From Caulobacteraceae bacterium (GTDB lineage Bacteria; Pseudomonadota; Alphaproteobacteria; Caulobacterales; Caulobacteraceae), in NCBI GenBank assembly GCA_035294785.1, contig DATGKF010000055.1, positions 1,914 through 65,913 on the forward strand: DNA of 64,000 nt, read 5' to 3'. Numbering within the stretch: position 1 is the first letter of the stretch; each line of letters opens with the position of its first letter. Shown here one piece after another: positions 1 through 9,247 of this stretch. The notes under the pieces are model-generated. The model made no database searches, had not been told where the DNA came from, and saw only the letters and a program-made list of their open reading frames with translations. The translations under genes were made by a program, and so were the position numbers.

Positions 1-1065
1 CTTGGCGCGGGCGGCGAGGCGCTCGGCCAGCGCGCGCACCTCCTGCGCCCGCGCCTTCGGTGCGACGAGCACGCCGGCTTGCGTCGCGACGATCACGAGG
101 TCGCTGACCCCGATCGCAGCCACCGTGGGGCCGTCCGACCACACCAGGCTGTCAGCCACGTCGAGGAGCCCGACATCGCCGCGCACGGCGTTGCCCTGCG
201 CGTCGCGGGCGCCCAGGCGCCAGACTTCGTCCCAGGCGCCGACATCCGCCCAGGCAAAGTCGCAGAGCGCCACTGCAGCCCTGTCGGTCTTCTCCATCAC
301 CGCCCGGTCGAGCGCCTCGGCGGGGCAGGCGCCGAAGGCGGCGTCCAGGATGATGAGGGGGCCGGCGTGCTCGGCCGGCAGGGCGCCAAGGGTAGCCGCG
401 AGGATGTCGGGCCGGTGGAGCGTGAACTCGCGCAGCATCAGCGCGGGGTCGAACAGGAAGACACCCGCGTTCCAACTGTGATCGCCACTCGTCAGGTAGG
501 CCGCGGCGTCCGCGAGAGGCGGCTTCTCGACGAACCGCGCCACGGCGTGGACGCCATCCGCCAAGGCGGGGCCGCGCTGGATGTAGCCGTAGGCCGTTTC
601 CGGGCGTGTGGGCGCGATGCCAAGCACGACGATCCGCTCGTCCGCGACGGCGGCGCCGCGCCGCACGGTGGCGCGAAAGGCCGCCGCATCGGGAACGAGA
701 TGGTCGGCCGACAGCAGCAGCACCAGCGCGCCCGGCGTCCGTTCGGCCGCCAGCGTCGAGATGATGGCCGCGATCGGCGCGGTGCCGCGGCCACAGGGCT
801 CGACGAGCAGCACGCCCGGCGTGATCTGGACGGCCGCCAACTGCGCTTCGACGATCGCGTGGTGAGCCTGGCCGCAGACGATCACAGGCGGCAGAAACCC
901 TTCAGCTTCGGCGGCTCGACCGGTCACGCGAGCCACGGTTTGTTCGAACAGGCTGGATCCGCCGATGAGCGACGCGAAAGGCTTGGGCGACGCTTCGGTG
1001 GAGACCGGCCAGAGCCGCGCGCCCGCGCCGCCGCAGAGGATGACGGGCAGGATCGGCCGCGTCAC
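1..1065 (-). CDS. manC: Mannose-1-phosphate guanylyltransferase (ManC/XanB family), 3' end runs off the window
   Basis: Manual translation from GTG at 1065 gives MTRPILPVILCGGAGARLWPVSTEASPKPFASL, later FVEKP, WNAGVF and WDEV-GAWD-like motifs of GMP/PMI enzymes. Absent from the ORF track because its stop is outside the window. GTGA overlap with the upstream gene. Confidence 0.9.
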   Translation of the reverse strand, partial: MTRPILPVILCGGAGARLWPVSTEASPKPFASLIGGSSLFEQTVARVTGRAAEAEGFLPPVIVCGQAHHAIVEAQLAAVQITPGVLLVEPCGRGTAPIAAIISTLAAERTPGALVLLLSADHLVPDAAAFRATVRRGAAVADERIVVLGIAPTRPETAYGYIQRGPALADGVHAVARFVEKPPLADAAAYLTSGDHSWNAGVFLFDPALMLREFTLHRPDILAATLGALPAEHAGPLIILDAAFGACPAEALDRAVMEKTDRAAVALCDFAWADVGAWDEVWRLGARDAQGNAVRGDVGLLDVADSLVWSDGPTVAAIGVSDLVIVATQAGVLVAPKARAQEVRALAERLAARAK

Positions 1066-1385
1066 GGGCGGGCCCGTCCAGCCGGTCCGAACGGCCGCTT
1101 GCGCGCGCCGAACGGCCGACGTGGTTCCTCGCCCTTCGCCTTGGCGGCGATCTCTTTCAGCTTCATTCGCTGCAGGACCGAGAGGCTCTCGCCCGGCGCG
1201 CCCTTCTCCGGATCGGCGAAGGCGCGGCCATATGTCTTCACCCGCTCCTCCACCGAGCCGAGAAACTCGCCCTCCCAGTCGCTGAGTTTGGCCCCGGTCT
1301 GGGCGGCCGCGCGGCGGGCGCGTTTCAGGGCGTTCAGCGCGGCGCGCCTGGCTTGCGCGCGGGGGTCTGGGCGTTTGGCCTTCAC
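1062..1385 (-). CDS. Basic hypothetical protein, coupled to gapR and manC
   Basis: 107-aa ORF with GTGA overlaps at both ends. Core LSDWEGEFLGSVEERVKTYGRAFADPEKG looks like a folded domain. Confidence 0.75.
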   Translation of the reverse strand: MKAKRPDPRAQARRAALNALKRARRAAAQTGAKLSDWEGEFLGSVEERVKTYGRAFADPEKGAPGESLSVLQRMKLKEIAAKAKGEEPRRPFGARKRPFGPAGRARP

Positions 1386-1648
1386 AAGCCCCCAATGGCG
1401 GACAGGTAGAGGTCGATCAACGCCTCTTCCTCCTGCCGCTTGGCGCGGTCCTGCTTGCGCAGCCGCACCACCTTTCGAAGAATCTTGGCGTCGAAGCCTT
1501 CGCCTTTGGCTTCGTCGTAGACCGCCTTCAGGTCGCCGGTCACAGCGGCCTTGTCCTCCTCCAGCCGGTCGATCCGCTCAATGAGGCTTTTCAGCCGCCC
1601 CTGCGCTGTCGCGTTCAAGGTGTCGATCGCGGCGGAGTCGTCGGCCAT
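1382..1648 (-). CDS. gapR: Nucleoid-associated protein GapR (DUF2312)
   Basis: AQGRLKSLIERIDRLEEDKAAV...VYDEAKGEGFDAKILRKVVRLRKQD...EEALIDLYLSAIG is the DUF2312/GapR signature. Confidence 0.95.
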   Translation of the reverse strand: MADDSAAIDTLNATAQGRLKSLIERIDRLEEDKAAVTGDLKAVYDEAKGEGFDAKILRKVVRLRKQDRAKRQEEEALIDLYLSAIGGL

Positions 1649-1737
1649 GGGCGTGCGCTCGGGACTGGAGAAGCGGGGTCTGCGGGTTCGGCGACCCTAG
1701 CGGTCCGGGCGCTGGCGGCCAAGGGCGCGGCCGCCCC

Positions 1738-1863
1738 TTACCCCTGGCGCGCCTTGAACCTCGGGTTGGTCTTGTTGATCACGTAGACCCGGCCCTTGCG
1801 ACGCACCAGCTTGCAGTCGCGATGGCGGGTCTTCAGCGACTTGAGCGAACTTCTGACCTTCAT
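1738..1863 (-). CDS. rpmJ: 50S ribosomal protein L36, zinc-independent type
   Basis: [41 protein letters not shown] from ATG at 1863; lacks the full Cys/His zinc ribbon. Confidence 0.97.
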   Translation of the reverse strand: MKVRSSLKSLKTRHRDCKLVRRKGRVYVINKTNPRFKARQG

Positions 1864-1989
1864 GGCGACGTGGTCTCGGCGACGGAGGGGTGAAAAAGAG
1901 CGCGCTCGTTTAGGGCGGGGCGCAGTCAAAGTCAAATCGCGCAAGCGTGCCTTGAAGCCGAACCCGGCTCGCCGCTAGCTTCGGCTTCG

Positions 1990-3213
1990 ATGCGCCGCCG
2001 AGTCTTCTTGCAAACCAGCCTGGCAGCGGCCCTGGCCGGGCCGGCGGCGCGAGCCGCGCCCGCCAGCCCGAGCCCGCCCGTCGACGAGGCCCGCTTCCAG
2101 GTCTGGGCGGCGGACTTCATCGCACGCGCGCCGCGCATGGGCCTTCCGATCGACGTCGTCCGCCGCGAATTCGCCGGACTGACTCTCGACCCTCGGGTGG
2201 TCGCGCTCAACAACCAGCAACCGGAGTTTTCCCGTCCGATCAGCGACTACATCCAGTCGGTCGCCACCGACGATCGGGTGGCGGCCGGTCGTCGCCACTT
2301 GGCCGCCGTGCGCGACCTTCCGCGCATCGCCCAGCGCTACGGCGCGCCGCCGGAGATTCTTGTCGCGATCTGGGCGGTCGAGTCGGGCTTCGGCGTCAAC
2401 CAGGGCGGCTTCGACGTTCTGCGGTCGGTCGCCAGCCTCGCGGCCGAGGGCCGCCGACGCGACTGGGCCGAAGGCGAGATCGCCGCCCTGATCAAGATCA
2501 TCGCCGCCGGGACCGCGACCCGCGCGCAGCTCAAGGGCTCCTGGGCCGGCGCCATGGGACAGACCCAGCTCGAGCCCTCGGCGCTGCTGGCGGACGCGGT
2601 CGACGTCTCCGGTCGCGGGCATCCTGACGTCTGGGGCTCGCCGGCCGACGCGCTGGCTTCAGCCGCGAACCTGCTGGAGAAGGCCGGCTGGCGCCGCGGC
2701 GAGGCCTGGCAGCGCGAGGCGGTGCTGCCGCCCCACTTCGACTACGGCCTGACCGAAGGACCGGCGAAGCCGCCGGCGGTCTGGACCGCGCTCGGGGTCA
2801 AGCCGGCGGTGGGCGGCGTCTGGGGCGACCGCGCGCCCGACGGCGTCCTGCTCCTGCCCGCCGGCGCGGCCGGGCCTGCGTTCCTGGCCTTCCCCAACCA
2901 CTTCATCATCCGCAAGTACAACAATGCCATCTCCTACGCGCTCGGCGTGGGCCTGCTCGCTGACCGCATCGCCGGGCGGGCGAACGTCGTGGCGGCCTGG
3001 CCGCACGAGCTGCCGCTCTCCACCGCCGATCGGGTGGGCGCGCAGGCGGCGCTGGCCAGACTCGGCTACGACGTCGGTCCGCCCGACGGCCAGATTGGGC
3101 TTAAGACGCGCATTGCACTGCGGGCCTGGCAGAAGTCGAAGGGCCTGCCGGCCGACGGGTACCTCACGCCGCACATCGCCGGCCAGCTCGTGGCCCAGGC
3201 GGCGGCCCGTTAG
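1990..3213 (+). CDS. Lytic murein transglycosylase (MltB/SLT_2 family) with C-terminal peptidoglycan-binding domain; Tat signal
   Basis: RRRVFL twin-Arg signal; IWAVESGFG catalytic Glu; GSWAGAMGQTQL; KYNNAISYAL; C-terminal LGYDVGPPDGQIGLKTRIALRAWQ PG-binding motif. Confidence 0.92.
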   Translation: MRRRVFLQTSLAAALAGPAARAAPASPSPPVDEARFQVWAADFIARAPRMGLPIDVVRREFAGLTLDPRVVALNNQQPEFSRPISDYIQSVATDDRVAAGRRHLAAVRDLPRIAQRYGAPPEILVAIWAVESGFGVNQGGFDVLRSVASLAAEGRRRDWAEGEIAALIKIIAAGTATRAQLKGSWAGAMGQTQLEPSALLADAVDVSGRGHPDVWGSPADALASAANLLEKAGWRRGEAWQREAVLPPHFDYGLTEGPAKPPAVWTALGVKPAVGGVWGDRAPDGVLLLPAGAAGPAFLAFPNHFIIRKYNNAISYALGVGLLADRIAGRANVVAAWPHELPLSTADRVGAQAALARLGYDVGPPDGQIGLKTRIALRAWQKSKGLPADGYLTPHIAGQLVAQAAAR

Positions 3214-3235
3214 GGGGAAGGGCCGGCGCATACGC

Positions 3236-3251
3236 GGAATTAAGCATTAAC
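3236..3251 (+). promoter_or_regulatory. Possible CtrA half-sites upstream of motA
   Basis: GGAATTAAGCATTAAC holds two TTAA half-sites, one TTAAC, but not at N7 spacing. Flagellar genes are CtrA targets in Caulobacter. Confidence 0.35.
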
Positions 3252-3294
3252 GCCCAGCATTCCCGCCGACGCGCGCGCGGGGAGCAGCCAGGCC

Positions 3295-4164
3295 TTGTTT
3301 CAGATCATCGGCATCGTGCTGCTCTTCGCCATGGTGTTCGGCAGCTTCATTATCTCCGGCGGCAAGATCGCGGTGGTGCTCGAGGCGCTGCCGCACGAGC
3401 TGATGGCGATCGGCGGCGCCGGCGCGGCGGCCTTCCTGATCTCCAACTCGATGACCACGATCAAGGGCACCGGCGCGGGCCTTGCCAAGGCCTTCAAGGG
3501 GCCGAAGTGGAAGGCGCAGGACTACAAGGACCTCCTGAGCCTGCTGTTCCTGCTGACCAAGACGATGAAGTCGAAGGGCGTGATCGCGCTTGAGAGCCAC
3601 ATCGAGAAGCCGGGCGAGAGCGCCATCTTCTCCCGCTATCCGAACCTCATGAAGGACCACTTCGCCATCGACTTCATCTGCGACACGTTGCGCATGATGA
3701 CTATGAACCTGGAGGACCCGCACCAGGTCGAGGACGCGATGGAGAAGCAGCTCGAGAAGCATCACCACGAGGCGCTGGCCCCCAGCCACGCGCTCTCCAG
3801 TCTCGCCGACGCCCTGCCGGCGCTCGGCATCGTCGCCGCCGTCCTGGGCGTCATCAAGACCATGGGCGCGATCACCGAGCCGCCCGAAATCCTCGGCATG
3901 ATGATCGGCGGCGCGCTGGTCGGCACCTTCCTCGGCGTTTTTCTCGCCTACGGCATGGTCGGGCCGATGTCGGCGCGGATGAAGGACGTGACCGAGGAGG
4001 AGGGCGCCTTCTACCGCATCATCCAGTCGGTGCTGGTCGCCCACCTGCACGGCAACGCCGCGCAAATCTCGGTTGAGATCGGCCGCGGCAGCGTGCCATC
4101 GCCCGCCCAGCCGACCTTCCTCGAGCTCGAGGAGACCCTGGGCTCGATCCCCGCGGAGGGTTAA
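3295..4164 (+). CDS. motA: Flagellar motor stator protein MotA
   Basis: MFQIIGIVLLFAMVFGSF; KGVIALESHIEKP; DALPALGIVAAVLGVIKTM; GGALVGTFLGVFLAYG; VEIGR. Confidence 0.95.
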   Translation: MFQIIGIVLLFAMVFGSFIISGGKIAVVLEALPHELMAIGGAGAAAFLISNSMTTIKGTGAGLAKAFKGPKWKAQDYKDLLSLLFLLTKTMKSKGVIALESHIEKPGESAIFSRYPNLMKDHFAIDFICDTLRMMTMNLEDPHQVEDAMEKQLEKHHHEALAPSHALSSLADALPALGIVAAVLGVIKTMGAITEPPEILGMMIGGALVGTFLGVFLAYGMVGPMSARMKDVTEEEGAFYRIIQSVLVAHLHGNAAQISVEIGRGSVPSPAQPTFLELEETLGSIPAEG

Positions 4165-4200
4165 ACCGCGCTCACGATCACGCTGTCGTGAAGAGAATGC

Positions 4201-4228
4201 TTGCCCTGGGGAAAGATGACGGCATAAT
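4201..4228 (+). promoter_or_regulatory. Putative sigma70-type promoter for the small lipoprotein
   Basis: TTGCCC-N16-CATAAT about 110 nt upstream of ATG 4340. Confidence 0.5.
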
Positions 4229-4339
4229 CAGCCTCAGCGCAGGCGAGGCGCCGCTGGGATGTCGGCCAAGTTGGCTGAACAGCCGCGGAGGCGGGCTTGC
4301 TGATCGGCGCAGCAACCTCCTTCTAGGGGACCAGGGACA

Positions 4340-4591
4340 ATGACCTCCGAAGTTCTTCGTAAGATCCTCGTCGCCGGCGCCGCCGTCGCCGCTCTTTCTG
4401 TCGTGGCCTGCAACAAGACGGCGAACGACGCCAACACGGCGGCTGCATCCGCCGAGTCGGCCGCTTCCGACGCGACGGCCGCGGCCAGCGCCGCTTCCGC
4501 CGCTGCTTCGGACGCCGCAATGGCGGCTTCCGCCGCTTCGGGCGCCGCGATGTCGGCCGCCGGCGGCTCCGCCGCTCCGGCGAACAAGTAA
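4340..4591 (+). CDS. Small Ala/Ser-rich lipoprotein
   Basis: Signal peptide with lipobox (LSVVAC) and a low-complexity tail with AASDA/AASA repeats; purine-rich RBS upstream and terminator downstream. Confidence 0.8.
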   Translation: MTSEVLRKILVAGAAVAALSVVACNKTANDANTAAASAESAASDATAAASAASAAASDAAMAASAASGAAMSAAGGSAAPANK

Positions 4592-4622
4592 GCTTTTCGC
4601 GTCCAACGCGAGCGCGTAAGTC

Positions 4623-4652
4623 AAGGGGTCGCCCGGTAGGGCGGCCCCTTTT
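4623..4652 (+). terminator. Intrinsic terminator
   Basis: AAGGGGTCGCCC-GGTA-GGGCGGCCCCTTTT stem-loop with U-tract after the lipoprotein gene. Confidence 0.85.
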
Positions 4653-4676
4653 CGCGTCCAGCGGCGCGATCGATCG

Positions 4677-6512
4677 ATGGCTGGATCCGATCAGGGCGAA
4701 CCGTCCTCCCCGATCACCTGGGACGCCGACGGGACCCCTCGCTCCACCCGCTTCGACGACGTCTACCATTCGCGCGCCGGCGGGCTGGGCCAAGCCAGGC
4801 GCGTCTTTTTGGATGGCTGCGATCTTCCGCACGCTTGGGCTGGACGTTCGGCCTTCGTCGTCGGCGAGCTCGGGTTCGGGACCGGGCTGAACGCGGTCGC
4901 ATTGCTCGATCTTTGGCGCCGCTCCCGGCCGCCCGGCGGCCGGCTGACGCTGTTTTCCGTCGAAGCCGAGCCGCCCTCCGCCGCTGATGCGGTGCGCGCG
5001 CTTGCGCCCTGGCCCGAGATCGGCGAGCTCGCCCGGCGCCTGACGGACGCCTGGCCGCGCCGTGCGCGCGGCTTCCACCGGATCGCCTTCCCTGACATCG
5101 GCGCGTCGATCGACCTCGCCTGTCTGCCGGTCGAAGAGGCGCTCGACGGCTGGAGTGGTGCGGCGGACGCCTGGTTCCTCGACGGCTTCGCCCCGGCGAA
5201 GAACCCGGCCATGTGGTCGGGCGCCGTGTTCGCCCGCCTCGCCCGGCGCTCCGCGCCTGGCGCGCGCGCCGCGACTTACACCGTCGCCGGAGCCGTCCGC
5301 CGCGGCCTTCAGGCCAACGGTTTCGTCGTCGAGAGGCGCCCCGGCTACGGCGGCAAGCGAGAGCGGCTCGAGGCGCGCCGGCCGGGCGCCGCGGCCTCGC
5401 CGCGACGGCCCAGCGTGGCCATCGTCGGCGCCGGCGTCGCGGGCGCGGCGCTGGCGCGCGCCTTTGCGGAGCTTGGGCTCGAGGCCCAGGTGGTCGAGGC
5501 GGACGCTCCGGGCGGCGGGGCCAGCGGAAACCCGGCCGCCCTCGTCCTGCCGCGCCTCGACGCCGGCGGCGGCCCCATCGGGGCGCTGCACGCCCAGGCC
5601 CTCGCGCGCGCCTGCGACCTCTACGATGCGACGCCGGGCGCGGTGATCGCCCGCGGCGCGCTGCAGCTGGAAGTGGGCCCGAAAGACAGCCGACGCTTCG
5701 ACCGCGTGTGCGCGAGCGCCCTTTTCGCCCCAGGCGCCGTCGAACGCCTGTCGGCGGCGGAGGCCTCGGCCCGCGCGGGCGAACGCCTTGCCGTCGGCGC
5801 TCTCGCCGTCCGCGACGGGCGCGTGGTCGACCCCGCGGCCGTGCTCGACGCCTGGCTGATCGGCGCGGCGCTGATCGCGGCCCGCGTGGGCGCGTTGGAG
5901 CCGCATGCGGATCGCTGGCGGCTGGTCGACGACGACGGGCGCGAGATCGCCCGGGCGGACGTCGTTTGCCTGGCCAACGCGCTCGATGCGGCGCGGCTGG
6001 CGTCCGCCGCGCTCGCCCCGCTTCGCGGTCAGGCCAGCGCCGCGCAGGGCCCGCCCCCGCCGGCCGCCGTGATGGGCGAGGCTTTCGCCATCCCGACCGC
6101 TGCGGGCCTCCTCTATGGCGCGACGCACGACCGCGACGATGCTGGCGCCGATATCCGGCCGGGCGACGATGCGCGCAATCTCCAAGCGCTCGCCGCCACG
6201 CTGCCAGCGCTGGCAGCCCGCGCCGCCGCAGCGCCGGCGGCGGGCCGCGCGGCCGTGCGCGCGGTGACGCCCGACTTTCTTCCGTTGGCGGGCCGGCTCG
6301 GGCCGCCGGGGCTCTTCGTCCTGGCCGGGTTGGGGTCGCGCGGATTCTGCCTTGCGCCGCTCCTGGCCGAGCACGTGGCGGCCGCCGCCGCCGACGCGCC
6401 ATCGCCCCTCCCAGAAGACCTGGCCGCACTGGTCGATCCCGGACGCTTCGCCATGCGACGAAACCGGCGGCTCGCGCGTTCAGCCAGGGTTCAGGGCCGC
6501 GGCGGCATATAG
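4677..6512 (+). CDS. mnmC: Bifunctional tRNA mnm5s2U34 biosynthesis protein MnmC (methyltransferase + FAD oxidoreductase)
   Basis: FDDVYHS; ELGFGTGLN; DAWFLDGFAPAKNPAMW; GKRERL; IVGAGVAG FAD motif; GASGN; GLGSRG. Confidence 0.93.
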   Translation: MAGSDQGEPSSPITWDADGTPRSTRFDDVYHSRAGGLGQARRVFLDGCDLPHAWAGRSAFVVGELGFGTGLNAVALLDLWRRSRPPGGRLTLFSVEAEPPSAADAVRALAPWPEIGELARRLTDAWPRRARGFHRIAFPDIGASIDLACLPVEEALDGWSGAADAWFLDGFAPAKNPAMWSGAVFARLARRSAPGARAATYTVAGAVRRGLQANGFVVERRPGYGGKRERLEARRPGAAASPRRPSVAIVGAGVAGAALARAFAELGLEAQVVEADAPGGGASGNPAALVLPRLDAGGGPIGALHAQALARACDLYDATPGAVIARGALQLEVGPKDSRRFDRVCASALFAPGAVERLSAAEASARAGERLAVGALAVRDGRVVDPAAVLDAWLIGAALIAARVGALEPHADRWRLVDDDGREIARADVVCLANALDAARLASAALAPLRGQASAAQGPPPPAAVMGEAFAIPTAAGLLYGATHDRDDAGADIRPGDDARNLQALAATLPALAARAAAAPAAGRAAVRAVTPDFLPLAGRLGPPGLFVLAGLGSRGFCLAPLLAEHVAAAAADAPSPLPEDLAALVDPGRFAMRRNRRLARSARVQGRGGI

Positions 6513-6555
6513 GCCGCGGCGCCCGGCCGCCTGCGAGACCAAGGGAGATTGTCGA

Positions 6556-6975
6556 ATGCTCAAATCATCGCCCGCCTGGGCCGCGCGATACGCCGTGACG
6601 GCGGCGGCGGTGCTGACGACCCTGGCGACCGCCGGACCGGCGGCTGGGCCGGCGACGGCGCAACCGCGGGGCCAGGAACAGTGCTTCGCCGTTCGCAACA
6701 TCAACGGCTTCAATGCGCCCAACGACCGCACCCTCTACGTTCGCGTCGGGGTGAACGATATCTATCGCCTGGACCTGATGATCGACTGCGAAGGCCTGAC
6801 CTTCCGCCAGCGGCTCGGGCTTCAGTCGACCGTCGGCGACCCGTGGATCTGTGAACCGATTCAGGCGCAGATCGTCTATCGGGACGCTGGGATCGCCAAC
6901 CGCTGCCCGGTCAGCGCCATCCACAAGCTGACACCGGACGAAGTCGCCGCCCTGCCCAGGCGCGATCGGCCGTGA
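6556..6975 (+). CDS. Secreted small protein, DUF6491-like
   Basis: ATG after GGGAG RBS; signal-like N-terminus; four spaced Cys (CFAVRNINGF, C-EGL, WIC, CPVSAI). Confidence 0.65.
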   Translation: MLKSSPAWAARYAVTAAAVLTTLATAGPAAGPATAQPRGQEQCFAVRNINGFNAPNDRTLYVRVGVNDIYRLDLMIDCEGLTFRQRLGLQSTVGDPWICEPIQAQIVYRDAGIANRCPVSAIHKLTPDEVAALPRRDRP

Positions 6976-7067
6976 TTCGACGGCGCTGACCCACGGGAAG
7001 GCTTGCGGCGGCGGTCCCGCTCGTCCTTAAACCCTGGGTTTCATCCCAGTCGCGGAAGGGCGCGCCC

Positions 7068-7691
7068 ATGCTGAAGGTCCACCACCTCAACAACTCGCGC
7101 TCACAGCGCATCCTGTGGCTCATGGAGGAACTCGGTCTCGACTACGAGATCGTGCGCTACCAGCGCGACGCGACCACCAATCTGGCGCCGCCGGAGCTGG
7201 AAAAGGCGCATCCGCTCGGCAAGTCGCCAGTGATCGAGGACGGCCCGATCAAGATCGCCGAGTCCGGCGCCATCGTCGAATACGTGGTCGCCAGGCATGG
7301 CGGCGGGCGGCTGCGCCCCGATCCGGCCTCCGACGCCCATGTCGCCTATCTCGAATGGCTGCACTATGCCGAAGGCTCGGCCATGTTGCCGCTGATGATG
7401 ACGCTCTACGTCATGCGCCTGGGCGAGGCGGGCGCGCCGCTGCATCCGCGCATCGAGAGCGAGACCACCAACCACCTGGGCTACATCGCAAGATCGCTCG
7501 GCGATCGCGACTATCTCATGGGCGATTTCACCGGCGCCGACGTGCAGGTCAGCTTCGTCATGGAGGTCGCCCGCGCTTTCAACAAGCTCGCGCCCTTCCC
7601 GAACCTAACCGCCTATCTCGAGCGGCTGCAGGGCCGGCCGGCGTTCCGGCGCTCGCTTGACAAAGGCGGGGCCTACAACCTGGCGCGCTAG
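7068..7691 (+). CDS. Glutathione S-transferase
   Basis: MLKVHHLNNSRSQRILWLMEEL; HPLGKSPVI; AESGAI; WLHYAEGS. Confidence 0.95.
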   Translation: MLKVHHLNNSRSQRILWLMEELGLDYEIVRYQRDATTNLAPPELEKAHPLGKSPVIEDGPIKIAESGAIVEYVVARHGGGRLRPDPASDAHVAYLEWLHYAEGSAMLPLMMTLYVMRLGEAGAPLHPRIESETTNHLGYIARSLGDRDYLMGDFTGADVQVSFVMEVARAFNKLAPFPNLTAYLERLQGRPAFRRSLDKGGAYNLAR

Positions 7692-7699
7692 AAGCGGGC

Positions 7700-9247
7700 T
7701 CAGTTGGCGGCCGCGGGAGGCGGCGGCGCGCTTTCGGCGGCGCGGCGAACGATGTGCGGCGTGACCACGATGTAGAGTTCGGTCTTCGAGCGCGTGCCCG
7801 TCTGCATGCCCAGAACGTCGCCGATCACCGGAATCCTGCCGATGCCCGGCAGCCGCGTTTTCGAGCCGATGTCGCTCTCCTCGGTCAGGCCGCCGATCAC
7901 GAACGTCTCGCCGTCGCGAACCGTGGCGGAGGTTTCGGCCTCGCGCTGGCTGATCGTCGGATAGCCTTGCGAGGTGCCGGTCACGCTCGAGACGACGCAG
8001 AAGACGTGCGAGGTGACAAAGCCGTCGTCGCTGACCCGGGGCGCGATCTGCAGCGTCACGCCGACGTTGACGTACTGCACCTGCTGCGAGACGGCGTTGA
8101 CGCCGGAAAGCGCGATCGAGGTGAGGATCGGCAGGGCATCGCCTGTGATGATCTTGGCGGTGCCGCCGCTCTGCGCGGCGATGCGCGGCTTCGACACGAT
8201 CCGCCCGTGTCCCGACTGCACCTGGGCGGCGATGGCCGCCTGCAGCGCATAGCTGGTCAGCGGGCGGCCGTTCGGCTGGCCGGCGGGGATGAAGGCGCCG
8301 GCCTCGAAGGTCGCGACGGCGAGTTGGCCGCTGGTGTTGTTGAAGTCCAGACCGACGTTCCTCGCCCCGGACTCGTCCAGCTCGACGAACACGGTTTCGA
8401 GCAGCACGCTCTGCACTGGCACGTCGATCTCGGCGATTTTCGCTTTCAGCCTGGCGATGGTGTCGGGCGGCCCTTTGAGGATGATGGCGTTCAGCCGACG
8501 GTCGACGGCGATCTCGTCGTTGACGGACTCGGCGAGCGGGTCGTTCGACGCCTGATCGGTTGGATTGGGCGCCGGCGCGAACGTCTGGCCGTTGATGCCC
8601 GCCGAGCCGAAGGCCGGCTCGCGCGGCACGAAAGAGTCGTTCGACTTCACGCTCAATCCGTCGGTGAGCAGGCCGACCACCTCGCTGACGTCGGCGTACT
8701 TGAGGAACACCACCTCGAAGCCGTCGTCGCCGGCCGGCCGATCCACGGCGCGCGGGAAGGCCGTCTGCGCCGCCGCAAGCGTCGCCGAAGCCGGCCCCGT
8801 CGTCGGCGAGAGGGAGAGGCTCACCGCGTTCGGTCCCGATGCGACGGCGGCCAGGTGGACCTTCCCGGCCGTGGCCAGATGGACGATCAGGACGGTGTCG
8901 CTCTGTTCGAACGCCACCGCGCGCAGCAGGCCCTTCAGCCCGTTGGGCTGCGCGGCCGTCGGTGCGCGCGACGAGAGCGCGAAGGCGATCGAAGGCCGGT
9001 CGGTGTCGTTGTTGATGATGGAAAAGCGGGGCGCCTGCGGCTGGAACGTCAGCACCACGACGAGACCGTCGCCGCCCGGGACGGCCGACACGGCGGTGAG
9101 GATGGCCGGCGCCGCCGGCTGCTGATACTCGGCCCGCGCGACGCCGGCGCAGAAGCTCGCGACGACAAGAACCAGCCACGTCAGACCGACCGCGGCGAGG
9201 CGGCGCGCATGTCCTTGACGGCGTTCAGCGGTCACGAATCGGCCCAC
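7700..9247 (-). CDS. Orphan secretin (GspD/PilQ/HofQ superfamily)
   Basis: Signal-like N-terminus; N-domain LKYADVSEV...AVDRRLNAIILKG...IAEIDVPVQSVLLETVFVE; secretin core SKPRIAAQSG, NVGVTLQIAPRV, ATVRDGETFVIGGL, PGIGRIPVIG, TELYIVVTPHIV. Start codon uncertain. Confidence 0.88.
   Translation of the reverse strand: MGRFVTAERRQGHARRLAAVGLTWLVLVVASFCAGVARAEYQQPAAPAILTAVSAVPGGDGLVVVLTFQPQAPRFSIINNDTDRPSIAFALSSRAPTAAQPNGLKGLLRAVAFEQSDTVLIVHLATAGKVHLAAVASGPNAVSLSLSPTTGPASATLAAAQTAFPRAVDRPAGDDGFEVVFLKYADVSEVVGLLTDGLSVKSNDSFVPREPAFGSAGINGQTFAPAPNPTDQASNDPLAESVNDEIAVDRRLNAIILKGPPDTIARLKAKIAEIDVPVQSVLLETVFVELDESGARNVGLDFNNTSGQLAVATFEAGAFIPAGQPNGRPLTSYALQAAIAAQVQSGHGRIVSKPRIAAQSGGTAKIITGDALPILTSIALSGVNAVSQQVQYVNVGVTLQIAPRVSDDGFVTSHVFCVVSSVTGTSQGYPTISQREAETSATVRDGETFVIGGLTEESDIGSKTRLPGIGRIPVIGDVLGMQTGTRSKTELYIVVTPHIVRRAAESAPPPPAAAN

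Noticed and set aside
1738-1863. Zinc-free L36 as a sign of a zinc-starvation paralog
   Set aside because: The C-minus form is the normal single L36 in alphaproteobacteria, and no Zur box was seen.
3295-4164. motA without an adjacent motB
   Set aside because: Separated motA and motB is usual in Caulobacter and related alphaproteobacteria.
4430-4580. Repetitive GCCGCTTC(C/G)G units as a CRISPR or tandem repeat
   Set aside because: These are codon-level repeats of Ala-Ala-Ser in the lipoprotein, with no repeat-spacer structure.
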